Source of the DNA: Saprolegnia diclina VS20
Taxonomy: Eukaryota
Assembly (NCBI RefSeq): GCF_000281045.1
Contig: NW_008246195.1
Coordinates: 59,892 to 108,260 of the forward strand
Direction of reading: 5' to 3'
DNA length: 48,369 nt
The translations under genes were made by a program, and so were the position numbers. Position 1 is the first letter of the stretch, and the number at the start of each line of letters is the position of its first letter. Below are positions 23,338 through 34,510 of the stretch, piece by piece. The notes under the pieces are model-generated. The model was not told the DNA's origin. It searched no databases and saw only the letters and a list, made by a program, of their open reading frames with translations.

Positions 23338-24695
23338 AGCCAGGCACGCTGATTGGCCACTTTGCAACATAACACTGACAGGTCCAATCGCACGCAAGCG
23401 ATGCCATATTTTAAGCCAATCAACAAAGCGGTACCACGCTCGAGCGTTGAACTCGAGCAGTCCATGTTGCAGCGAGGTGCGCCATGATGGCCTTCAAGAT
23501 GGCAGCTTTCGCTGAGGAGAAGAACGTCGACAAGGAGGAACAGCACTCTTACAATTACAGCGTTGTCACGTTGCCTTGAAATTCATCAAACGGGATCGAC
23601 ACGCCGATTCACTGTCGTTGCTGAGAAAGCAACTTGAAGATTCGATTGTCGACAAATTGATTCGGGCACTGTTATTTTCGAACACAGGCCGGATCGATCT
23701 TGGTGATTGGATACTTCCCAGGCACTATCCAAACTATCCAGTGAACGTATCGATGGAACAGAGCTCCGAATTTGTGGCGACCTGTTGTTCAACGTCATGG
23801 CGAACTATCACCCCTGATTGGACATAATCGGATTAGAACGCCTAATCAAGGCCGTTTGCGCGTCGCATTTTGACCAATCCACGTCATCACAAGTCCCTGG
23901 GTTTGAAGGTTCACGCTGTTGCCGTCTGGTTTTAACCTCAAAGCTCATCGAAGCCAGTTCGAAACAGCCCTGGCCCGGCTCACGGTTCGCGTTGGCGCTG
24001 CCATCGCCGTCGGCGTCCTCTTCCTCCTTCAACCACAGCGTCCACAGTGGAAGACTACAGACCGACACAGTCATGGCGCCAAGCCGGACGCGCTAATTGG
24101 TCGCTTCGCAATATATCTCTTGGAGGTCCAATCACACACGAGAGATGTTGCATTTTTAGCCAATCAACGAAATGGTACAAGCTGGAGCGTGCACATGCAG
24201 TGAGCCAGTGGGAGCGAGCCATGCAGTTGGTCGACCCATGACGGGCATCAAGAAGCCAGCTCTCGCTTGAGGTAGCGACAAGCAGAAACAGAGCTCCTTA
24301 GTGCAGTTGCATAGCCTCGAATTCGCATTGGATGGTTGCGATCCACACTCGGGATCTTCATTACTCTGTGAAGATTCTGAAATTGCCGACACATTCATTC
24401 ACCATTTATGCTGAATTCGATCAAATTCGACTCGTATATTTGACATCGATATAAGCTTTTTGCGGGTAGTTGGCTCGGATGCCTCGATACGTTCCCCAAA
24501 CTGTCCTATCCGCGACGGTACTAGTATCCCATGACCATATCCAGCGGGTTTCATCGGCGATTGCTCCGAATTCGCGGCGATCTTTGCGCGGTCCAGCACA
24601 CACACCTGATTGGATAAAATCCAATCGAGAATACCCAATCAATGCGGCTGTCATGTCGCATTTTGACCAATCCACGTCATCGGAAGTCTGAGGAT
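23338..24695. promoter_or_regulatory. Divergent (bidirectional) promoter region between the VTT gene and glutathione synthetase; CCAAT-rich and internally duplicated
   Basis: The two genes are head-to-head. There are multiple CCAAT/ATTGG motifs near both starts, and blocks such as gtcgcattttgaccaatccacgtcatc occur twice. Confidence 0.55.
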
Positions 24696-24722
24696 CGTTG
24701 CAGTTTGAAATTTGCGGACCGA

Positions 24723-26688
24723 ATGGCCGACCTCCTCGCATCGCTTGGCACTGGCAGCAGCAACACCGCGCCGCCCGCGCCCTTGGCCGCCGCCCACCGC
24801 ATGGGACTCTCGGAAGACGAGGCCGCCTTCTTGCTCGCCGAGGCCACAGCCTTTGCCGCCGGCCATGGCATGCTGGTCCAGGCGCCCGCGCAGCGCTACG
24901 CCCACCTCCCGTACTGTCTTCTCCCGGTCAAGTTTCCCAAAAGCCAATTCGACAAGGCAAGGCTGGCGTGTTTCCATGCGCTTGGACTCAACATCATGAC
25001 GTAGGGCGTCGCGCTCGGGCCGCTCTTTGGCACCCTCGTCGACCGCATCAGCGAAGACCCCGACTGGCTCCACGCGCAGCTGCAGAGCGTGCTCGCCGAA
25101 GATCCATTCACGCGCCGCCTCGTCGAGCTTTCGAAGAAGGTGCAAGCCCAAGGGTACGATACACCGCATGATCATGGCGCCCCATAGTCGCTTGTAGCCG
25201 CGCCCAGCCTGCATCGCTCGGTATTTTCCGATCCGACTACATGCTGCACGACGACCCGCGCGACGCAAGCGCGGCCAAGATCCTCCAGGTGCATTGACCG
25301 TTCTCTTCCCATCCATTCGATAACGCACTGTACGCAGGTGGAGCTCAACACGATCTCGGCCTCGTTCGCGAGTATGAGCTCGATGGCGACAGACTTGCAC
25401 ACGTTTCTCCTCTCCCGGTTTGAAGCCGACATCCCCGCGCTTGCCGCGTACTATGGCACGTCGTCGTCGCTATCGTCGCACTTGCCATCGAACGCAGCGC
25501 TCCAAGCGCTTCCGGCGGCGCTCGCGACCGCCCACGCGCACTATGGCCGCCCGGCGTAGGCGATTCCGTCGACCGATTCCGCGGTTTTATACGATACCCA
25601 CCTAGCGCGGTCGTGCTCTTTGTCGTGCAGCCCAACGAAAGCAACTCGGTCGACCAGCGCTGGCTCGAGTACACGCTCTGGACGCAGCACCAGATCAAGG
25701 TCCTCCGCCGCACGCTCCTCGAGGTACGCGACGCTCGTTCGAATATAGAGGGATATCACCTTTGGCGCAGATGCAAGCCGCGACGACAGAGTCGACAACG
25801 AAAGCGCTCATCGTCGACGGCAAGTACGAAGTCGCCGTCGCCTATTTCCGCGCCGGCTACACGCCCACCGACTACCCGAGGTAGATCTCTACAAACGCAT
25901 GGCTGCACAGACCGTTGTAGCGAGCGCGAGTGGGCAGGGCGACACATGATCGAGACGTCGCGCGCAATCAAGTGCCCCAACGTCACGTACCACCTCGCAG
26001 GCACGAAGAAGGTGCAGCAGGTGCTCGCGGACCCCGCGCAGCTGCGCCGGTTCATGTCGGACGCCGACAGCCGCGTGCTTGAGGCCTGCTTCACCGGCCT
26101 CTACGGCCTCGAGACCACGTCGCCGAGCTTGGCCCAGTACGCGCATGCGGTGTGCGCCATGTCTTACACTATTTTGCAGGATCAAGGCCAACGTGCGCGC
26201 CAACCCGCACGCGTACGTGCTCAAGCCCCAGCGCGAAGGCGGCGGCAACAACTTTTACGGGTAGAACGACGCGATTTAGTGTACGACGGTCTCAATTAGC
26301 GTAGCGACGACGTGGTGGTCCAAATGGACAATATGACACCGGCCGAGCTCGAGTCGTACATTCTCATGGACCGCATCGTGCCCCAAGAGACACCTGCGGT
26401 GCGTCACACGAGTCGACGTCGACGCGTCACCTCTTCGCCAATAGATACTCGTCCGCAACGCCCAGGCCGTGGCCGGCGCCACGATCAGCGAGCTCGGACT
26501 CTACAGCGTGAGCTTGTTTGAGCACGGCAAGCCGCTTTTGAACGCGCATGCGGGCCACCTGCTTCGCACCAAGGTACGCTATTAGTGTATTGGTGTTGGA
26601 CGACGACGGATGCGTGTAGCTCTCGAGCACGAACGAAGGCGGCGTCGCGGCGGGCTTTGCGGTCCTGAGCTCTCCGTTCTTAGTCTAA
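24723..26688 (+). CDS. GSS: Glutathione synthetase (eukaryotic type), multi-exon
   Basis: RSDYMLH, QVELNTISASF, VAVAYFRAGYTP, KCPNVTYHLAGTKKVQQ, YVLKPQREGGGNNFYG, SELGLYS and GHLLRTK...NEGGVAAGFAVLSSPFLV. Confidence 0.96.
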
Positions 26689-26777
26689 TCAGCTAAGCAC
26701 GATTTGCTCTCTTGCGACGTTAGTGCGGCCAGCTGCTCGTGGGAGACTATCGAGCGAACATAGTTGGCCACCAGAAC

Positions 26778-27032
26778 TCTAGACAGACTTGTCCTTGGCG
26801 CATGAAATGATCCCAGCGTTGTGGCTCCGCGCGTAGAGCGTGGTTTCGAAAATGCCATTTTATTCAAATCAATTCATTGAAAAATCACCCAGTGCCCAAC
26901 GATGCCGCAAATCAGCACGTTCAACCTCTCTCCATCACTAGCGACTTGTAGTGGGCCGTTGAAAATAATCCCAGCATTTTCCAATATTTTCTACATTTTG
27001 GCCATGCACCGCTACGGCGGGCGTGAGGTTTG
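26778..27032 (+). repeat. Dispersed ~255-bp repeat, copy A
   Basis: Near-identical to 44478-44729 in the same orientation. Its 3' part recurs from 27304. Confidence 0.9.
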
Positions 27033-28480
27033 GTTCGGCGTCGACGACGGCAGCGCCGCATCAATGCGGCGCTGCTCGGGGACAGATACTGCGACTACGG
27101 CGACGGTAAAGTCGACACCGCCTACTCAAGGCGGCGGTTCGGACAACGCCGCTCGGCGTCAACGACGGTGACAGCGGCTCTGCACGTCCCTGTCCGACGG
27201 CGCNNNNNNNNNNNNNNNNNNNNNNNNNNNNNNNNNNNNNNNNNNNNNNNNNNNNNNNNNNNNNNNNNNNNNNNNNNNNNNNNNNNNNNNNNNNNNNNNN
27301 NNNTAATCCCAGCATTTTCCAATATTTTCTACATTTTGGCCATGCACCGCTACGGCGGGCGTGAGGTTTGGTTCCGACGGCAGCGCAGCATTAGCGCGGC
27401 GCTGCTTGGGGACAGCTACAGCGACTGCGGCGACGGTGAAGTCGACACCGCCTACTCAAGGCGGCGGTTCGGACAACGCCGCTCGGCGTCAACGACGATG
27501 ACAGCGGCTCTGCACATCCCTGTCCGACGGCGGGGTGACGTCCACGCCGGCAATCCAGTGACCCCGACGGTTCATGATGTCGGCGGCGCCGATCCAGCGG
27601 CGCCGAGGCGTTACGACTAAAGTTACAGCGACGGCTCAAACGATACCGCCTAGTCTCGGTGGAGCGCGGGCTATGCCCTTCAGCGGTAACACTACCGGTG
27701 TCAGCTCACAACGATACGGAAAGACAGTGCCCAACATCACTCACGGCGACGATGGCTGGTTACATCACGGCACTGCTCAATGGCAGGATCAACGACGATG
27801 GGATCAACATCACTGGCTCACGGAACACCTCAGTCACCTCCCGACAGACCACGGCCGCGGTAGCGCTGCCCCAACGCGGCGCTGCACGGTCACGACGAAG
27901 GTTCAAGCGACACCGCCTAGTCTCGGTGGCAGCTCAGGCAAGGTCCGTTAGTGGAAGCACCGTCGGCGTCGGCCGCAACGACCCAGCGAGACACCGCTTG
28001 ACGTCATGCAAGGTCCGGCTGATGGCGCCTGCGGCGAGGATCCGACACGGCGCTGTACGGTGATGACTATGACGGCAGCTCGGTCCACGCCGCCTACCCG
28101 AGTCCTCCCGATTGCCGGCAAGCGGATGCTGTAACTGCGGCAGCGGCGCGTCACGACTCGATATCGCCCGGTGGCAGTCAAGGCGACGGGTGGCATGACA
28201 TCCGCAGCATCAGCAACGTCTCTGCCAATCACGGCGCGGTCGCTGCGACAAGCTACAACGAAGACGCCACCGATGCGGCACAGCACCTCTCAGCGACGAT
28301 TCTGATGGCGGTCGGCCCGACACCGCTTAATTATGGCGGCGGCTCGGCTCACGGTTGCTCCACTACTGCAACGGTGGTGTCGTCTAACGCAACGCGAAGC
28401 GACTTGACAACGATTACGACGACGGCCAGATCAACGCTACCTCATCTCGGCGGGGGCCAGGTCTATAGTCGATTCGATAT
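27033..28480 (+). repeat. Degenerate GC-rich repeat array or decayed repetitive ORF
   Basis: Recurrent gcggcgc...cgac...(g)acaccgcct(a)..ggcggc/ggtggc motifs near 27066-27144, 27597-27670, 27877-27938, 28047-28110, 28319-28350 and 28410-28458. No intact long ORF. Confidence 0.5.
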
Positions 28481-29143
28481 GGTACGGCACGACGCGGCTC
28501 GCTCGACGGCGATTGGGGCGTCAGATAGTGCGTTCGGAGCGTCGACTCAACAACGATTCAGCAACATCAAGAATGATACCAGTCACACGTGACCGTGGCT
28601 CGGTCTACGACTGCTCTGTCGCGCTGAATGCAACGTCGACGCAGCGCACCACGATACCACACTGCTCGCGGCATCCAACACTCGACACAACAACGTCGGC
28701 TCGAAACTGCGACGTCGGCTCTATACGGTGCCGCGCGGGCTAGACCTTGCGAATGCTCCGAGTCGTTCAAGAACACAGGCAACTAGGTGACGGTCCGTCA
28801 ACACCAATCGACCTTGCAGTTTGACTCGGCCATGCCCGACGCTGACTCAGCACGACACGGCGCGGTCTCGGTTGCTCGACGGCGACGGCTGGGTCGTTAC
28901 GGCCTACTCGCGGTGGTGTTTTGCCGTTGCTTGACCCAGGTGGCGGCTCGTTTTTTTGTCCACTCGACTGCAACAACGGCGGCATCGGCTTCAAACTTCA
29001 ATGACGGTCCTCCATCGGCGATGCGCGATACGATTTCGCTCGCCAACAGCAGTGCGACGACACTACGAGGCTGAATCCATCGTGTAGGATAGGGTTCCAT
29101 GGATAATGCATAGTCATTCAGTCGATCGTAGTCAGACTTATAG

Positions 29144-29443
29144 TTAGAGTGGTTTGTGTCCCCACTGTGGGTGGGGACGACGCAGGCGTCGGCGCACGTA
29201 TATGACGCAGGCCACGAGCAGCATGAGGAGGAACGCGCTCGTAAAGAACCAGAGACTGCCGGCGGCGTCGCTATGGCGTAGTCGGTGGCGCGCTTTGCTG
29301 AGGGACTTCTGGAGCTCCACGGTCGTATTGGCCGTCGTTGTTGCCGGCGGGAGCTGAGGTGCCGAGACGATGGTCACCGACGCACTGGTTGGCGGACTGC
29401 AGTTGCAGACGACGTGCGACGACGTGGCGAAGTGTCGCGTCAT
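29144..29443 (-). CDS. Possible small single-pass membrane protein
   Basis: ATG at 29443, a Ser/Thr/Pro-rich stretch, the hydrophobic segment LWFFTSAFLLMLLVACVIYV and then basic RRRLRR. No homolog recognised. Confidence 0.35.
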   Translation of the reverse strand: MTRHFATSSHVVCNCSPPTSASVTIVSAPQLPPATTTANTTVELQKSLSKARHRLRHSDAAGSLWFFTSAFLLMLLVACVIYVRRRLRRPHPQWGHKPL

Positions 29444-29524
29444 GCGCAAAGCTGCAACTCTGCGACGGAAGAGCCAGAATGTGGTAAAAGCGAGCGCCCG
29501 CTTCTCCGCGTCCACGCGGTTGGT

Positions 29525-30868
29525 TTACAGAAAGCCAAGTGCCCCGAGCTTCTTGGGCGAGACACCCCACTCGGTGTCGACGAGGTGACACGGCGCCGTC
29601 ACGACGTGGCAGCACACGCTCGTTGGTGCGTCGTCCCAGTGCGCTGCAAACTTGCCGCGGCGTACGCAGAGGTGACGAACGTTTGGCGACGTCGCGAGCG
29701 CGTCACGCCATCGCCCGAGACCTTCGGCGCTCCAGCGCACGTCGCGCAGGACAAGGCTATGCAGCACTAGGCAGCGCGGCACGACCGCCGCCAGGCGCAG
29801 ATACAGCACGCTGTCGAGGAACCCGGGCCAGCAGTCAAACTTGAACGCACGCAAGCGCGGGAGGCCGGCCACTGTCGCGGCAAGAACATCGGCGGTCGCA
29901 GGCTGCAGCGGACGCGCCTTGATGTGCAGGCTCTCAAGATGCGACAGCGACGCGATCGAAGCAATGACGTCGACGAGGTCCGTTTCCTGCACCGCCTCGA
30001 GACGCAGGGCGAGGTGCGTGAGCCTCGCGCCGAGCAGCGCTGACGCGAGCCGCCGAGCGTACGGCAGGCGTCGACTCGTCAGCGTCAGCCGTCGCAGATG
30101 CGTCGGCAGCGGCGCGTCCAAGTACACGCTGGTCATGTGCTCGGTATGTGAAAGCGTGACCGACTGCACGGACCGGGACGCGTGGAGTGCGCGCGCCAGC
30201 GCCGTCGAGCCCCGGAGATCGCCGAACCCGACGTCGATGGCGCGGTGCCGGCCAAGCCAGCGCAAGAGTTGCTGCAGCACAAAAGGCGGGCACGTGTCGA
30301 GCCAAAACACGTCCAAGTGCAGCGACGTGAGCGCCTTGAGACTACAAATGGCCCGAACCAGCGCTTCCGTGGCCGGCGTTGCAGCTGCGCTGTCGAACGA
30401 CAGACGCAGGCGCCGAAGCTGCGGCGCCGACTGTATCCAGGCAGCAACTGCCTCGAGGTGGGCTTCCTTGTCGCCGCGGCGAACGTTGAGCGCGCAGGCT
30501 TCGAGCTGGCGGCCGCGCCAGGTGGACGCAAACTCGATGGGTACCGGCACGGCGATAGACAATGTCATCGGCAGGTGCGAGAGGATCGAGATGTGCTCGG
30601 GGCGCGGCCAGATGTCAAGGCGAAGCACGTGCACACGCTTGAGCCAGACCATGCCGAGGACGAACGTATCGGCCTCGGCCGCGACCGCCGCGTACGAGAG
30701 CTCGGGCCAAAGTCGCGCGACGGGCACCGTGCCCGCGAGTCGGCGCAGGCACTGGAAGGGCCGCGAGAGCGCTTGCAGAGGCAGCAGTTCGAGCAGCGCG
30801 AGGAGCGTGAACGGGCAGGACACGTAGCCCGCGATGAGCTCGAGAATGTCCGCCGACGTCGATGGCAT
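29525..30868 (-). CDS. RNI-like leucine-rich-repeat protein with divergent F-box-like N-terminus (paralog 1)
   Basis: Intronless 447-aa ORF with repeated LxxLxL units (LRRLRL, LTSLHL, LRRLTL, LTHLAL, LESLHI), an N-terminal ELIAGYVSCPF and a C-terminal Cys cluster. Confidence 0.75.
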   Translation of the reverse strand: MPSTSADILELIAGYVSCPFTLLALLELLPLQALSRPFQCLRRLAGTVPVARLWPELSYAAVAAEADTFVLGMVWLKRVHVLRLDIWPRPEHISILSHLPMTLSIAVPVPIEFASTWRGRQLEACALNVRRGDKEAHLEAVAAWIQSAPQLRRLRLSFDSAAATPATEALVRAICSLKALTSLHLDVFWLDTCPPFVLQQLLRWLGRHRAIDVGFGDLRGSTALARALHASRSVQSVTLSHTEHMTSVYLDAPLPTHLRRLTLTSRRLPYARRLASALLGARLTHLALRLEAVQETDLVDVIASIASLSHLESLHIKARPLQPATADVLAATVAGLPRLRAFKFDCWPGFLDSVLYLRLAAVVPRCLVLHSLVLRDVRWSAEGLGRWRDALATSPNVRHLCVRRGKFAAHWDDAPTSVCCHVVTAPCHLVDTEWGVSPKKLGALGFL

Positions 30869-31341
30869 TGCACTTGTGGCCTTGAAGTTGCGTGCTAGTA
30901 TCCAAAGTGGTGCGACACGCCGATTGGCTGGCTCATGCCGGAGAAAGTGAAAGCGGGCGCTGCCAAGCAGGAGAGGGAGCTGGACGACTTGCTCGCCTCG
31001 ATTAATAGCTCTTTTCGTATAGCACTAGCGGTTGACGTAGTTTGGCTCCTACTTAGAGCTCCCTGTTATGGTGCAACAGATGCTGTGCTTCTTCTCCGAC
31101 GACGAGATCCATATTTGTGGGTTCGCGTCACGAGTGACTTCGGGAGCCGACGCGTTGAATCTGCCGAAGCCTTCTCCAGAACTGTATAAGGAAGAGCATT
31201 CTAAATTGATTCGTCGAACTTGATGCTTTGCAATCGTCACTTTTCCTTGTCAAACGCTGGTCAGCAATCGAGCAATCTGCCGCGACTTGAACAAGCTAAT
31301 TACACGCCACTGCTATTCAGTCGAAACATCGACGCATTCGA

Positions 31342-31914
31342 CTATGAGCGCAACTTGACCACAAGGTCGAGAACAGCTTGGAGGTTGTACATCATCGTCT
31401 TGAAGCGCTCGCCTAAATCGTAGTCCCCCATCGTAACGAGGCGGTGCCGCAGTCCCCGGAGCTGCTCATGCGTGAGCTTGTACTCTGCGATTGCATCCAT
31501 GTGGCTGATTTCCTTGAACATCGGAAGCTCAAAGCAGTGATCGCAGAGCCTCTTGCCGCGGTGCTTCGTGTGGACCTTGATAATACGACACCCGTGGGCC
31601 ATGAAGCGGTCGCAGCGCTCGCAACTCTTCTTCTGCGCGAGGTTCATAACCATCTTGCGCGTCTGCGTGCGCGGCTTGAGCAGCGACGGCTGGACATGGC
31701 ACTGGTGCAATAGCATGGCGCGCCACACGTTGTCGTCCATAGCGCGGTCAAACACGAGGCTCGAGCTCGCGAGACGCAGCGCTTCGTTGGGCTGGAGAAA
31801 CGTAGCAAAGTGGAGAAAGATGTCTTGACTGAGCGCTTCGATCGATGCGACCGCAGCGACCTTGGCGCGCTTCGCCGGCGGAGCAGTCGTGCGGCGCTTG
31901 GTGCGCGCGACCAT
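31342..31914 (-). CDS. F-box-like + C4 zinc finger/XPA-like domain protein (paralog 1)
   Basis: Basic N-terminus (PPAKRAK), F-box-like LSQDIFLHFATFLQPNEALRLASSS...VW, CERC-x22-CDHC, then KEISHMDAIAEYKL...L..L...MMYNLQAV. Confidence 0.7.
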   Translation of the reverse strand: MVARTKRRTTAPPAKRAKVAAVASIEALSQDIFLHFATFLQPNEALRLASSSLVFDRAMDDNVWRAMLLHQCHVQPSLLKPRTQTRKMVMNLAQKKSCERCDRFMAHGCRIIKVHTKHRGKRLCDHCFELPMFKEISHMDAIAEYKLTHEQLRGLRHRLVTMGDYDLGERFKTMMYNLQAVLDLVVKLRS

Positions 31915-32644
31915 TGCAATTGGAGAATGTTGCTGAATTGAAATGGTCAAAAAGAACCGTCATTGGGGCGTGTAAGTAATGCACGCGACCATCATTCACA
32001 ATCCAGTTGCAGAGCAAAAGGATGACTCATCAGCGCAGACTCATCATCGTACAGAGATTGGGAAGGCCTGAAGAGTGAAAACATATACCTTTTCAGTGAC
32101 TCTTCCCTTGCTCTCGATCCTTGCTGTGGGTCGTCGTGACCTGCTCAATAAAACTCAAACCCGAGTCCACGCGCTATCGCTTTCGCTTTCGCGTTGCTTG
32201 TGGACGCTGAAGGTCGGCGTCGACTGCGAGCGCCCCACCGACGCCGTTAATATATGCGGTTTTTGCATAGGTTTTTACTGAGATGCTCGGATACCAGCTC
32301 GGCGACGCTCAACTGCAGCCAGTGTTATCTTCCCATGGACAGACAGTCGACGAGGACTGCGTCATTGGTGGCGCGTTGCAGTGTCGCCGGTGACGACTTG
32401 TGTCTAAAGCGCTAGACTAAAAGGTCGGCTAGCCCAGAGGTTCCGCAAACAGGCACGTGGAACCGCCGACCATCACAATCGACTCGTCTTTGCCAATTCA
32501 AAGCAGTAGCAGCAAGACTGTGTTTGTTGGAACAGCAACCGAGCGTTTTGTCATCCATGTCGTACGAGAAGATTGCGATGTTTGGGGTAGCCATCGAACA
32601 CCAAGCCTTGTATCTGCACGATCTTGTACTCGGTTTCTCTCCTC

Positions 32645-33238
32645 TTACATTGCTGAATACGATTGCATTCTGGCCGCGACGTCGAGGACAGCTTGGAGGT
32701 TGTACATTTTCTTCCTGTAGAGCTCGCCCATTTCATAGTCCCCGGTCGTCACGAACCGGTACCGTAGCTCGCGCAGCTCGACGTATGTAAACTTGTACTC
32801 GGCGACGGCGTCCATGTGGCTCATCTCCTTGAACATCGGAAGCTCAAAACACGAGGAGCAGAGCTTCTTGCCGCGGTGCTCCGTGTGGACCTTGATCGCT
32901 CTGCACCCATCGGCCATAAAGCGGTCGCAGTGGGCACAACTCTTCTTGTGTGAGAGCGTTGCGACCATCTGGCGCGTCTGCGTGCGCGGCTTGAGCAGCG
33001 ATGGCTTGACATGGCACTGGTCCAGTAGCATGGTGCGCCACACGACGTCGTCCATGGCCTCGTGCACCGTCCGGCTCGTACTCGAGAGCCGTAGCGCCTC
33101 GATGGGCTCGAGGAACGCAGCGAGGTGGGAAAAACCATTTGGTCCCAGCGCTTCGATGGTCGTCCTGGCTACCACTTTGGCGCGCTTTTCTCGTTGGCTC
33201 GATCGCACAGAGGCGCTGCGCTTCATGCGGCCGACCAT
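32645..33238 (-). CDS. F-box-like + C4 zinc finger/XPA-like domain protein (paralog 2)
   Basis: Collinear with paralog 1 (PSLLKPRTQ, KKSCAHC, HRGKKLCSSC, LPMFKEMSHMDAVAEYK, MYNLQAVLD). Confidence 0.7.
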   Translation of the reverse strand: MVGRMKRSASVRSSQREKRAKVVARTTIEALGPNGFSHLAAFLEPIEALRLSSTSRTVHEAMDDVVWRTMLLDQCHVKPSLLKPRTQTRQMVATLSHKKSCAHCDRFMADGCRAIKVHTEHRGKKLCSSCFELPMFKEMSHMDAVAEYKFTYVELRELRYRFVTTGDYEMGELYRKKMYNLQAVLDVAARMQSYSAM

Positions 33239-33437
33239 TGCGATCGGAAAATAAGAAAAAGGTCGCCTGGTGCATTCGGGGACCATCAACAGCCGGGACG
33301 ACCGTCACTCACGATCGGATCTTGTGTCGCTTGACAACCCAAAGCCATTCAAGCAAACCTTTGGACCGGAGCTCGAGATCGACATGCGACCAATTGAATC
33401 ATTGATATTGAATCCATGGGATACCGGTGGGATAGGT

Positions 33438-33481
33438 TTGGATAGAATTGGATAGAATTGGATAGAATTGGATAGAATTGG
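33438..33481. repeat. 10-bp tandem repeat (GATAGAATTG)x4
   Basis: Four exact copies at 33441-33480. On the minus strand each unit reads CCAATTCTAT. Confidence 0.95.
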
Positions 33482-33745
33482 GTCATCACATGTGCAGACA
33501 ATGCCATTGTCGGGACAGATCGGGACACCAAACAAAAGAGTGATCTCGCCGGTGCGTCGGTTTCCGTGTGATTCCGCTACCTAGAGTATGGTTTGTCTCA
33601 TGCAAATAGCTCGTAGCGAGATGATGTCGCCTGTCTTTCAAGATCGCATGGCGATCACTCCTCGTAATCGCACATGAAGCACTCATGTTGTCTCCCTTAC
33701 ACGCAACATGCAGACGACTGGGAACATGGAAATGAGCGTCGTCGG

Positions 33746-34333
33746 CTACGGGCGCACTCGCGCGACGAGGTCCAGGACGGCCTGATGGTTGTACATCTTG
33801 GTCTTGAAGCCCTCGCCCCGAGAAATGTCAAAGGTCGTCGCGACGAGTCGGCAGGGCAGCTCGCGCAGCTCCTTGTGCTTGAGCTTGTACTTGCGCATTA
33901 CCTCCATGTGTCCGATCTCGGTGAACATCGGGAGTTGCACGCAGCGGTCGCAGAGCTTCTTGCCGCGATGCACCGTGTAGACCTTGATCGTGTGGCACCC
34001 TTCGGGCTCAAAGCGGTCGCAGAGGACGCAGCTCTTCTTCTGTGCGAGGTTGACGACCATCTTGCGCATCTGCGTGCGGGGCTTCAGCAGCGACGGCTTG
34101 ACCTCGCACGTGCCCAAGAGCATGGGCCGCCACACGCTGTCGTCCATCGCGTCGTGCATGAGCATGCTCGTCATCGAGAGCCGCAGGGCTTCCTTGGGCT
34201 CCATGTAGGTCGTCAGCTGGAGGAGCACGTCTCGACCCAGCGTCTCCATCGGCGCGATCGTCGCCTTGGCGCGCTTGGCCGGCGGCGCCGCGCCCCCGCG
34301 CTTCGTCTTGGCTCGCTTCGTTGGGCCGCTCAT
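33746..34333 (-). CDS. F-box-like + C4 zinc finger/XPA-like domain protein (paralog 3)
   Basis: Collinear with paralogs 1 and 2 (PPAKRAK, LGRDVLLQLTTYMEPKEALRL, KKSCVLC, HRGKKLCDRC, MYNHQAVLD). Confidence 0.7.
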   Translation of the reverse strand: MSGPTKRAKTKRGGAAPPAKRAKATIAPMETLGRDVLLQLTTYMEPKEALRLSMTSMLMHDAMDDSVWRPMLLGTCEVKPSLLKPRTQMRKMVVNLAQKKSCVLCDRFEPEGCHTIKVYTVHRGKKLCDRCVQLPMFTEIGHMEVMRKYKLKHKELRELPCRLVATTFDISRGEGFKTKMYNHQAVLDLVARVRP

Positions 34334-34510
34334 TGCAATCGAGAAATGGGGCAAACCACCGTCGTCCAAGGGGGACATTGGGACAAATGACCAGCACTCC
34401 GATTTGGGCGCCTAAGGCACCAGGTGCCCTTGGAATGGCGTCACCCAAATCCAGCCAAAAAACTCGTTTCCTTACCTGCTTAAATTACACGACCATATAC
34501 ATCCACGCTA

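Noticed and set aside
26967..27531. Tandem duplication across the 100-N gap as a true local duplication
   Set aside because: Near-identical sequence on both sides of a fixed-size gap may be two haplotypes or a scaffolding overlap. It cannot be called without reads.
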